Shown piece after piece: positions 47,135 to 58,469 of a stretch of 60,000 bases of DNA. Position 1 is the first letter of the stretch. The number at the start of each line of letters is the position of its first letter. The DNA comes from Amphiscolops sp. MND2022 (Eukaryota). The notes below the pieces were generated by a model. The model saw only the letters and a list, made by a program, of their open reading frames with translations. It was not told the origin of the DNA and ran no database searches. The stretch is from assembly GCA_964187785.1 (NCBI GenBank), contig OZ076409.1, positions 41,232,001 to 41,292,000 on the forward strand. Direction: 5' to 3'. The position numbers were made by a program, and so were the translations under genes.

Positions 47135-48095
47135 ACACCTGGTATTGCGGATTAGATTCATTACATATCATATACTTACTCCCATTTTTATCTTCTAACC
47201 TATTTAATATTGAATAATTATACTTATCCCGCCATGCTTCTTTACACAAACTTTTGAATTCATCATAAGACATATCAAAACCAGCAATATCTCTATAAAT
47301 GTGTTCAACACCTTTCAATGTTTGTTGAAATAAAATTATAATAATACTATTGTTTCTAATTGTTCTTTTAGGTAAATCAAAGTATGACTGTGATAAATAA
47401 TAAACATCCAGATCATTATGTCTTCCCCTAGTAAAAAATGGATCTATTAATTTCTGTGAAGTGTCCAACATATCATCAAATACAACACAACAATTTTGAA
47501 AATCTTGTATTGTTCTATCTTCTAGATCTTCGTCCACTGAAGTATCTTCTATTTCTGTATTTGTATATTGTCCCGGAGATCTAGTTATTATATGTATTTG
47601 TTTTTCTTTATCATATATTCGAATTAATTGTAATTTGTTTAATAACAAATGGGTCTTACCACAAAATGATGTGCCAACTATCAATGTCCTATTACAATTA
47701 TTATCAATATTATGATTATTATCATTTGTAATGATATTATTTGTAAAATTATTATCATAATTTTCATTATGATTTATAATTTCATTATTTGTATAATTAT
47801 TATTATCATGATTTTCATTATGATTTATAATTCCATTATTTGTGTAATTATTATTATCATGATTGATAATACATCTTTTTAAATGTTTTGATAAATAAGT
47901 TTTATTGAATTCCGTATTACAGAAATCACAATTTACTTTTTTATTGAAACATTCTATACATGTACTATACATTTTACCATTTTTATATTTGTAAAAATCT
48001 GTTTTCAGTATATTACACCCTTTACATCTTTTTTTATTCTCATTATCGGAACAGACAGATTTTTCATTACTTTTTCAACAAATTATACACTTCAT
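47109..48095 (-). CDS. A32/FtsK-like packaging ATPase 1 with N-terminal Cys motifs and Asn-rich repeats (likely true start 48095 has a TGA at codon 7)
   Basis: Walker A GTSFCGKT, Walker B VVFDD, TRGRH, SQSYF. Confidence 0.88.
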
Positions 48096-48282
48096 TTATT
48101 TAGTAAAAAATCACTAAATCACTAAAACAAATTCACAAAGAGCATGATGTTTTAAGTGTAACTTATTTGCTTAGTGACAAAAAAATGCTCTTAGTGAATT
48201 TGCTTAGTGATTTTACTAAGAAAATTACCAAGAAATCAAACCCCTTTTTTGTGTACCGGAGGACAGCTTTGCTGTAAATATT

Positions 48283-48507
48283 TCATTTTAAACTATTTGC
48301 GATGCCAGCTTTACCGTAACTAATTGCTTGTTCCATTATTATATTTTTAAAATCTTCTTTAAGTTTGTCTGAAATTAGTGGTTGTTGCATTCTATCGATG
48401 TAATTGTCTATTTTAGATTCATTTACTTTAATTTTATTTTGTTTACAATAATATACATAATAATAAGCTACATTAAAAGGTGTTATTTCAATTGTTTGAT
48501 CTGACAT
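48283..48507 (-). CDS. Polinton hypothetical protein (possibly the tail of the ATPase-2 gene)
   Basis: Short ORF directly downstream of ATPase 2. Confidence 0.35.
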   Translation of the reverse strand: MSDQTIEITPFNVAYYYVYYCKQNKIKVNESKIDNYIDRMQQPLISDKLKEDFKNIIMEQAISYGKAGIANSLK

Positions 48508-48564
48508 ATCTTCTAGGAATATTTTAAGTTTATTATATTCTTCACCTGTAAAGAAATAACTTTC

Positions 48565-49307
48565 TTATTTTACATAATCTTCCGGACTCCATTTATGTTT
48601 AGTTGTATCGTAGACTAGTTGGTATTTGTGGTTGAGTATTTTATACTTTTGTGATCTAGTATCAAATTCTATTATACCAAATTCTAATTGGTCACGATAT
48701 TGTTTCCAATTAAGTTGTTTGATACTATAACAACTCATCATTGTTTCAAAGAAACTATCTGGATTATCTATTGTGATATATAACTTTTTTATAACAATTT
48801 TCTCTAACAACAGGTAGAACATCCTTTGCATAATGTGCAAGATAGATAACTTGTATATTATGATGTCTTCCAAACCGGAATAAGTCTTCTACTTTTGTTT
48901 TGAGTTGCTTATAAGCACCCGCATCATCTAAAATGATTGTTTTACCAGCAAGTGATTCAATGGTTATATTTTCTAACTGCAACAATTGTATAAATCTACA
49001 ATTCGGCTTCATCTCTACCGAATACTATAAAATCGCTTTTAGTTCGATCTAAATAATACTTCAGGAAACTAGTCTTACCTGATCCACTAGTACCATACAC
49101 CAAAAAATGACAATTAGTATTTGTGATTGGTTTGACTTGTGGCTCGTCTTTTGGTTGATCAGTTAAATGGGACTTTTTAAATCCCTTGAATTGTTTCAGT
49201 TTTTGGTATATTTTTTCGTAATGTCTAGGTCTAATATAACACCAATAAATATATAATACTATAATAAAGATTACACATAATAAACCTATATAAAATTTTT
49301 TATTCAT
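48565..49307 (-). pseudogene. second A32-like ATPase with N-terminal transmembrane helix, frameshifted
   Basis: FYIGLLCVIFIIVLYIYW; Walker A GTSGSGKT; Walker B IILDD; RFGRHHNI; split over three ORFs. Confidence 0.8.
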
Positions 49308-49321
49308 TTATTAACAAATAA

Positions 49322-50197
49322 ATGAAAGAAAAGAAGAAAGAAATTGCTAAAGAAATATTCTCTCCTGTAATCAAGAAGTTTCAAAGAATTCAAATACAAA
49401 TTCACTATAAGGATGAGTGTTGGAGTATTGATCTGATAGACAGGTCTAGCTTAGCAAAATACAACAAAAACTACAAGTTCATTTTTACAATAATTGACAA
49501 TCATACTAAATATGCATCGGCAATTCCACTTAAAGATAAATCAGGAGAAAGTACAACAACTGCATTTAAAAGTTTTATTGAAAAAGCAAAAAGAAAACCT
49601 GATAAAATTTGGTCAGATAGAGGTAAAGAGTTTTATAATAAAACATTTTTGGATTTTCTTAAACAAAATGAAATTCAAATTTATTCAACTAATTCAGATT
49701 TAAAAGCTGTTTTTGTTGAACGATTCAATAGAACATTATTAGATCTTATCAAAAAACCTATGTATATTGAAGGTAAAGCTTGTTGGTTGAATCACCTTGA
49801 TGCTGCTTTACAAAAGTATAATAATCGTTTCCATGGAACTACCAAGATGACACCTTTTGAAATGTCAACTAATCAAAAACTAATACCTAACAATAGCGAA
49901 GGCGCTCTGCGTAATAATTTTAATAACAAACAACCCAAATTTCATGTAGGAGACTATGTTAGAGTTCCTGATAAACGCAATTTATATAGTAAAGGTTATA
50001 CAACAAATTGGAATAGAGAACTTTTTAAAATACATAAAATTAACAATACAAATCCCGTTACATATGGTTTAGTAGATGAAAACAACGAACAAATAGAAGG
50101 AAAATATTATGAACAAGAACTTTTAAGAAGTATATTCAACTTTAAATCTAACAACAAAACGTTAGAAAGTATGAATATTTTCCATCACAATGAGTAA
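49322..50197 (+). CDS. retroviral-type (rve) integrase of the Polinton
   Basis: WSIDLID, TIIDNHTKY, IWSDRGKEF, VERFNRTL, KGYTTNW. Confidence 0.95.
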   Translation: MKEKKKEIAKEIFSPVIKKFQRIQIQIHYKDECWSIDLIDRSSLAKYNKNYKFIFTIIDNHTKYASAIPLKDKSGESTTTAFKSFIEKAKRKPDKIWSDRGKEFYNKTFLDFLKQNEIQIYSTNSDLKAVFVERFNRTLLDLIKKPMYIEGKACWLNHLDAALQKYNNRFHGTTKMTPFEMSTNQKLIPNNSEGALRNNFNNKQPKFHVGDYVRVPDKRNLYSKGYTTNWNRELFKIHKINNTNPVTYGLVDENNEQIEGKYYEQELLRSIFNFKSNNKTLESMNIFHHNE

Positions 50198-50214
50198 ATA
50201 TATTAAAATAAATA

Positions 50215-50919
50215 ATGTCAATTCATAAATTTGATTATAGTGCCGAAAGCTTACAAAAAAATAAGATTGAGAATCTAAAAAAAGAATTGGAATCACAAAC
50301 CAAAATAATCGACTTAAAACTTAATGATATGCAAAGAACCATAAATGGTATGACTGATAACCTACAAAGTGTACAAGAAATTAATTTTGATGATGGTGAA
50401 ACCAAGGTAGTAGTCAATGCAAAGTCATTCTTAGACATAAGTAAAGATATAGAAGACTTGAAAATCAACCTGAAATACTTAGAACAAGATGTTAAAAACA
50501 AATTTTTAGAAAAGAAAAAAGAAATAATTTTGGATTCTGCCAAGTTAGTGGAAGAACAACAAACCATTTTACGTAATCATTTTGAGAGAAACCTTATTTC
50601 GGAATTGGAAAAATGTAAAAATCAAACAGTCAAAGATACTATTCAATTACTATACAACAAAGGATTGTTTGATTCATTTGAAAATAAAGACCAAATCTTT
50701 AATGAGTACTTATATTTTAGTGATGAATACTTGTTGGAAAAATACGGAACAGAAATAAAGACATCAGATGGTGTGTATTATTTATCAGACTTAGACTATT
50801 CAACGCGAGAAGATATCGTGTATTCCTTAAAAATAGATGAATACAAAGATATTGTTGATCTTAAATATAGAATGAAACTAATCGATACTGAGATAAATTT
50901 TATACTTTTTAAAGACTAA
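50215..50919 (+). CDS. Polinton hypothetical coiled-coil protein
   Basis: Intact 234-aa ORF within the gene array. Confidence 0.6.
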   Translation: MSIHKFDYSAESLQKNKIENLKKELESQTKIIDLKLNDMQRTINGMTDNLQSVQEINFDDGETKVVVNAKSFLDISKDIEDLKINLKYLEQDVKNKFLEKKKEIILDSAKLVEEQQTILRNHFERNLISELEKCKNQTVKDTIQLLYNKGLFDSFENKDQIFNEYLYFSDEYLLEKYGTEIKTSDGVYYLSDLDYSTREDIVYSLKIDEYKDIVDLKYRMKLIDTEINFILFKD

Positions 50920-50953
50920 TTACTTTATAAATTAAGTTTTTATTCAAAGTTAA

Positions 50954-51475
50954 ATGAGTGAAAAATTGTACCCATGTTTACAACAAGATCAGAATCTTGA
51001 TCTTAGATTAAAAGAAACGAATAGTTTTAATAATTCAATTCAAAATATAAAAGATATTCAAAATTTTTATAATCATGAAGCTAAAAAGTTTAAAAAGAAA
51101 TCCAAAACATATAAAATTATAAACGGTTGAATTCAATCTATTGATGGAGTTTCAATACTAGCAGTATCATCAACATGTGTCACGTTGAGTGTCACAGGAG
51201 TTGGACTTGTTGTTGTACCTATAGCAAGTGGTATAGGTGCAGGTTTATGTATAATCAGTAAAATTGCTGGAGAGTACCTAAAAAGAAAAGAACAACACAA
51301 TATTAAAAAATATACTCTTGCTGGTAGAACTTTACATAATTTCTGTAAACTACATTCAAAACGTTTAGAAGACAAAAAAATTGATCTGAATGAATACAAC
51401 AAACTAAAACAAACGTATGATGTGTATAAAAACAATAAAACTAAAATAAATTCTGAGTTTACTTTTTTAGGATAA
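50954..51475 (+). pseudogene. Polinton small membrane-type protein, interrupted
   Basis: TAAATG start at 50954; hydrophobic Gly-rich SVTGVGLVVVPIASGIGAGLCII. Confidence 0.5.
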
Positions 51476-51536
51476 GTTTATTTAGTAAAAATAAAATCAG
51501 TATAAAATTTAAATCCTAATTTTTATTCCTATTTAA

Positions 51537-52767
51537 ATGGAATTATTTTCATTGAAAAATAAATATGCTATGGATAAACCTATTCATAAAATTGATTTTA
51601 TTAAATACTCACCTAGTAGTTTAGCTACAATCAACAATAATAATTCAAATATTTCCATCATCTTCCCAAGAGAAGATGCAAATATTTGTTTACAAAACTC
51701 ATACATATCATTAGAATTTGAAGTTCTTAAAAATGATGATACAAGATATGCAGACGGTGATCAAATAAGCTTGGTCAACTTCGGACCTGTTGCTCTATTT
51801 AGTGAAGCTAAGTTAACTACTAGTTCAGGTAAACATTTAGTAAAAGTTGATAATCTACACCCAATTTCATTGATGTATAAATTTTAACATCTAATCAACA
51901 AACAAGTCAATTGATGTATGGGTTTGAAGAATCACAAGCAACTAGAAGACAAGAACTAACAAACAATAAAACAGAAAAAGGAACCTTTTTTGTTAGAATA
52001 AAATTAACTGATATATTTGGATTTGCTGATCAAGAAAAAATAACTTATGGATTGGGCTACACTCTTACTTTAAAACGAAATAATAATAATGATCCCATTA
52101 TAAGGGACAATGCGATTACTGCTGCAAAAATAAATATAAAAGACATCTCCTGGTACATTCCACACTATGTTCCTAGCTTAGAAAACCAGCAACTCGTGAT
52201 GGATCAAATATTAGACAACTAAGATCCAACTGAATTATATTACATGAAACGGATTGTATTTAGAAAAGATGTTAACACGAATAATAATTGGACATTTGAA
52301 TTAGGTGGAGCATGGAGAATCGACACCACGTTTTATAATTGTTGGATTTCAAGCTAGAAATAAAGTTGATTCACAAACACATGATAATGCAATATTTGAT
52401 CGTTTACCAATTTTAAATGCTGTTTGTAAAATAGGATCAGAAAAATATCCCGATAATGGAATAGAATGTGATTATGATAGAGATAAATATGATCAATCAT
52501 ATAGTGAAATTGAAAACATATTTGTTAAAAAGTGAAACTAATCTACTCAATCCATTTATTGATTTGCATAAATTCAGGACAAATTATAATTTCTATGTAT
52601 TCGATTTATCCAAACAAAAAGATAATATTGCGAGTCAACCTATTAGATTAGAATTTAAATTTAGTGCTGCCATTGATGTAGCAGACTATATAGCTTATGC
52701 CCTAGTCCTAACGCCCAAGCTGATAAGTATCAGTAGTGATGGACAAAGGCATTTTGATTTATTATAA
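51537..52767 (+). pseudogene. probable major capsid protein (double jelly-roll), broken into 4 ORFs
   Basis: ~410 codons, beta-rich; NFGPVALFSEAKL, PRFIIVGFQ, YVFDLSKQ, IRLEFKFS motifs. Confidence 0.78.
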
Positions 52768-52878
52768 CCGAAGTTGCTTTGCATATGAGAAATAAATTTC
52801 TGAGAAATAAATTTATAAAGAAATAAATATATTTATGAGAAATAAATTTATAAATAATTATAAAATGATAAAAAGGAG

Positions 52879-53294
52879 TTAAAAAAGATGTGCTCGATCA
52901 TTTATCAGTTTTAAAAGCTGTTGATGGGTTAGATTTTCTTTTTGGTAACAAACATTGAAATATATTTCTTCATCTGTTTTCTTGCTACCGTCAACATTTA
53001 TAGTTAAATCTTTATAATCCGAACCAATTAATTTCAAACAATATATACAAGGACAATCACCTTTCTGGGTGTGTTTATCCCATGGTAAACTTTGTATTGG
53101 ATTTATATACAAACGTTTATCGTCAAAAGGATTCAAAGCTAGTTTGTTTTGTTTTTCAACTGTAAGGTTGTGTAAATTAGATTTAATTGATATATTTGTA
53201 GAACTTGATGTTTCCGACTTAAACAATGAATTCTGATATTCTTCACATTTGGGAGTTTTTTGTATTCCTTTTTGTTTCGCTTTTTAAATGATAC

Positions 53295-53366
<72 letters not shown>

Positions 53367-56300
53367 CATTATTATTATTATTATTATAACTAAAAGAATA
53401 TGACTTTGATCGCAATGCTGTGAAGGTATCTAACACCAAAACTAGACTTAATTCAATTTTCATTTTTCCTATAACTTTCTTGTTATTAGGATCATATAAT
53501 TCATTAGATTTATCTAATTCACTGAAATCAAATTCATCTTTATTTTGTTGTAAAAAGTTTATTAGTTCTTGGTGGTTTGTATCAAAACTAAGTATGAAAG
53601 AATCTGTATCCATATAATGTAAATGTATTTTATTTTGCCAATATGGTTGTAATTTGTTATAATAAAACTCATACATTAATAGTTTTGATAGTTCTAAAAC
53701 TGTAAAACCTAAATAAATTGCTTTATCAAAGACTGTTTTTTCTTTATCAAACTTGTACACACTAAACTTAAAATAATGATCCACAATGCCTTTGAAACTT
53801 AACTTGGATTGTCTTTTTAGTATTTGATCTATTTGAGAATGATCAATGAATTCTAGATTGGTTCTATCTCTTACATTTTCCATAGTCTTCCCAAAGAAAG
53901 CATTTTTCATTAATTTATAAAGATCCTTTTCAAAGTTTGTTTTCGCTACTGTGCGTTCCTGAGTATTATGATCGATATATTTACCTAACCATGGACTTAT
54001 TTGAAGCGGTAGATTGTATGTATCTTCGTTACTTTCATCCTTTGGTTAAGATAAAACTTAAACACCCTATAATGTATCATATATTTCGATTTATTGGTTA
54101 CATCACACATAAGTTTTGGGGTTGGTTTGTATTTAGGTTGATTTACACTATTCATATAAGCTGAGAATAAGTCTGGATCTGCTTTTGTTTGATACGGACA
54201 AAAAGGAAAGTTTTTTGTTTTTTCTTTAATTTCAGCTGGATATTCTAAATCACATTCTATGAAGTAACCATATTCATTATCATCTGGTGTACTCAAAATA
54301 TCTTCTTTAATTTCATTCAACAGTACAGAATCATGTTCACAACCGAACTTCATCTTTTTAAAGTCTCCAGTAGGAAGAAATTGACTCATAGCCCATCCAT
54401 ACAAATTATTTGCATCAATGTATAAGATTTGTTTATTTTCGTTTGATTCAACAAATCGATATCCCATTACACTTGAAATTCCTCCACGTATATTGTTTTC
54501 TAAAAGTAATAAAATTTCTTTACATTTAATATAATCTAATTTAATATTAGTTAACTTCAAACCTGCTTTCCATGTATAACCAGGTAGGGAGTAACTATAC
54601 AAAGGATTAATTTTATATTCTCGTGTAGAACTTTCCACAAAGTTTTCAATTACATCAGCTAATAAAAGAACATCCATTTTTAAGTATAACATAGTTAATT
54701 CTCTTCCATTTTCAATTTGTTTTTCATCAATTAATTCTTGGGTTCTTTTTATATCATCATCTGATGGATAAGACTGTGTCAATGTTGACCAATAATCGTC
54801 TTTGGTTAGATTAAGTGGTTTGTCAAAATTATCTAAGTTAAAATATTCATATGGATAAGCTAATTTCTTCTTGAAGTTTTCGTTTATAAATTCGTTTTCA
54901 TCCATTATTGGTAAGCTGTCTAAACTCTTAACTAATTTATCTAAACGACTACTTAGAAAACGACATGAATCTAAGAATCTTAAGCAACCTACTTGAATTG
55001 ATACATAATTTTCCATTGACTTTGGGATTATTTTCGGTTCATACCCCTTTTCGAAAGCTTGTATTAAGAGTTCTTCAAATATAAGATGACAATCATACCC
55101 AGAAAAGTTATGGAAAAATATAGGAACAAAACTTGATGACCTTTGTTTACAATTTATGTTACATATAGTATGAGCTGCTCCTCTGTATTGTCCTGTTAGA
55201 TGATCATGATCTCTAACCTTAGTACACAAAGCGCCTTCGGTATTATCGAGTGAATTTTCACAGAGCCAACATATGGTGGATTGTTGAAATGATTCTTCTT
55301 CTTCAGGAGTTATTTGTAATTCTAAGTTTGTTTTAAAATATTTATTTGCTTCTAGTTCTAATTTTAACATTTCCTTTACAAACCACTTGGTACAATCTGT
55401 TCCAAAGTATGAGCTGTACTTGTTTCCAAACGGTGAAATTACATAAAATCCTACTGTAATTGGAATTTGTTTAAATAATACTTTGGGGTTATTTTGAGGT
55501 TGATTAATACATTCAAAATCTGCATATACTCTGATAGGTAAAGGTATTTTCATGTGGTGGTCTTCAAATTTTAGATGATATTTATAACTGAAACTGATTT
55601 TAGTTGGTTGTTGTTTTTGACAACGGTCAATGTGTTGACTGAGAGTATTCTCAGAACTAAATGCAGTTAGACATCTTCTACACACCCATTTCATGTGTGA
55701 ATCCTTATTTAGTAAGCAATGCAATTTTGTTATTAAGCAATAATGATTTTCAAATAGCAGCAAGTCAATTTGTGACTGTAAGTAATTTTTGTTAATATGA
55801 ATTGGTGTTAAAACTGTTCTGGTGAGTTCAAAAACATTTACGTTTAAATTATTTAAGTTTTCGCAACTGAGAATATCTTTAATTTTCATGGGGAATTCTA
55901 AACCATTTAAAATGAGTTTGTTCGTGTGCATTGAATAACTTGATGTTCTATTTTTATGATCCTCAACGGGAAAAAGGTGTGCTAGGATGCACCACAAAAA
56001 GCAAAATTGATCATCAATTTTTATATTTATAATTGATTTATTATTCTTATACTTTTCTGGCAACTCAATGTATTAAGATGCTTGAATATCATTAACTTTA
56101 TATCTTTCTAAAATTACTTCTTCTATTTCTTGAAATTGAAAACCTGATCCTTCTAAATGTTCATCATCTAGTTTCTGCATTAATGTGTTATGAGTATCTT
56201 GTTGTGTACCGGATTGCAAGTGATTATATATTAAATCTGATTTTATCCATCTTTTAAATACTTCTTCTTCTCCATTGACTATTTTTGAAAATTTAGCTAG

Positions 56301-56756
56301 ATATCTCAATTGATATTTATATCGGGGAAAATAATTTTTACTAAGTAAGTCATTTATGTTATGTTCAAGATTTTCAGCAGGATTTACTTTCAATTTGATG
56401 TATGTATTTTCATTCATAATTATTTCTATTCCATTACCGAAGGTGTTTTGTATACCGAAGGTGCTTTGCATATTGTTTTGTTGACGGTTTTCTAAATGAA
56501 TTTCACTTTGGAAATGTCTTGTTTTATCAGATATATATCTATTACAATCTTCACACCAAACACGTCGTTGTTCGGTTTTATTTTTATGTTCATCTGACTT
56601 TAGATGACTAGACTTACCTGATAAGGGCATATATAAATTACATTTTTTACAATAATATTGATTTAATTTTTCAAGATGTTTTACTGATTTACAATGATCA
56701 GATTTGAAACATTTTTTATAATTTGAATTACAGATACTACAATTCTCCATTTCCAT
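52879..56756 (-). pseudogene. protein-primed family B DNA polymerase with N-terminal zinc fingers and an endonuclease-VII-like insert; disrupted
   Basis: YADFEC, HNFSGYD, VRDHDHLTGQYRGAAH, YIDANNLYG, KNAFFGK, YMDTDS; stops at 56073 and 53284, frameshift near 53997. Confidence 0.95.
53295..53387. repeat. (ATT)n microsatellite, ~31 units, inside pPolB
   Basis: Direct observation. Confidence 0.97.
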
Positions 56757-56944
56757 TTTTTAAGGAGAAAATAGTTTAATTAAGTTTAATTAAAATTTTT
56801 CAATATGTCTTTTTTAAAAAAATGGAATTTTTTTTATTTTTCTCACCTGTGGGTTCAAGATGAAAAATTTGTTAGTAACAAAATTTGTTCATATTTTGGA
56901 TGTCTCCACTTTTAGTCACTGACTTTTCACGGTAGGACCAACCA

Positions 56945-57625
56945 GTCTCGAGTAAAATGAGAAAAACCCAATTCTCACACCTGTTTCATCACCTGGTAAT
57001 CAGTGGGTCCAAGATACAGAAAATTTTCTTCCAGAAAAAAGTTTGTCTTGTTATTGTCTATAACTTTGATATTCTGCGTCGGCATTGTAGGATAACTCAA
57101 TTTCGAGAAAATTGAGAAAAACCAGTTTTTCACACCTGTTGGGGCAGTGGTAATCAGTGGGTTTTCAGTAACGAGCTGAAATTTGGTGGGGAGACCTATT
57201 TTCTGACGCCCTACATTTTTGGTCCTATGAGTCATCACGCTAAAACTAACGGTTGAACGAGTTCCTTTGATCTTGCAAGTTTCAAGGTCAACCCTGATCT
57301 CAACACCTGTTCGGGTCACATACGAGCTGAGTATACCATCAGAAAGATCGTATATGGAAGTGGACCTAATTTACAAGTGTTACTAGTCTTACTCCAACCG
57401 TTTTCGAGAAAACTGAGAAAAACCAATTTTTCACATCTGTTAGGGCAGGTGATAATCAGTGGGTCCAAGATACAGAAAATATTCTTTTTGAAAAAAGTGT
57501 ATCTTGGTATTGTCTACAATTTTGATCTCCTATGTCATTTCGCTGGGATGAGTCAGTCTCGAGAATTTAGGGAAAAACCCTATTTTCACACCTGTTTTAG
57601 TACCTGGTAATTAGTGGGTTGATTT
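56945..57625. repeat. Polinton subterminal repeats (TCACACCTGT...TAATCAGTGGGT x4)
   Basis: Copies near 56974, 57129, 57430, 57585; longer block duplicated at ~455-bp spacing. Confidence 0.75.
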
Positions 57626-58469
57626 TAGAAAAAACGTTCAGAACCAAAATTTGTGTAACTTTTGATTATCTACAAGTTTTGTGTCTGTGAACTTTGTCTA
57701 AAATTGTTCTCCGTTGAGATTTTGAACAAAAAATGTTTTCCCATGTATTAAGATTAGGTATAATTCACAAAGTCATGAAATAACTTGCTTGGAAATTATA
57801 CTCGGTGAAACAAAAATGAAACCAAAATTCAAACCAAAACCAAAACTCAAACCAAATCCAAAACTCAAATAATTTCAGAAATTATCAGAATTTCCGATTT
57901 GGTTTAAATGCTTTGATATACTTTCATGTTTCTCGAGTAGGAAATGTCATTTTGTCATCACTGCACACTTCACTGCAAAAATGAATTGAATTGCACATGT
58001 TACACTTTTAAGCCAGCGTTGCTGTAATTCATTCCAAAAAATTTTTGCTACACAAATTTTCTCTATTACCATAATGGAGGTTAGTGAATTTTTGCTTCAT
58101 GACAAAATTGTTTATTAATAAATTTTGCTCAGTGATTTTTATTTTGTTAATTTTTAGTTGTGAAAAATGACTAATTTTTAGATGGTTTGCCTTGGTTATT
58201 TTTTAACAGTTAGTTGTGAAAAAAACGTTGATTTTCAAAAAAAAAATAATCAACATTTTTTTAAAAAAATAATATTTGACTGGCCCGAATCGGGAATTCG
58301 TATACTACTAAAGTGTTTTCAAGTTTTCTCGTCAAAAACAGGCCGGAGTCAAATTTCCTTCGCAGGGGAATCATTATTACAAAATTGATAGAAAAATCAA
58401 GAACAAGAATCGTCAATGGTTTTCACAAGTACTGAACATATCACTCGCCTTGATTTCCTTTGCGCAAAT

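Larger units (their letters stand above)
43870..58309. mobile_element. Polinton/Maverick (polintovirus), complete ends, decaying
   Basis: ~175-bp TIRs starting AGTAGTATACG (43870-~44045, ~58135-58309), 6-bp TSD AAAGTG, hallmark gene set. Confidence 0.97.

Noticed and set aside
53139..53369. Poly-Ile ORF
   Set aside because: Alternative frame of the (ATT)n microsatellite
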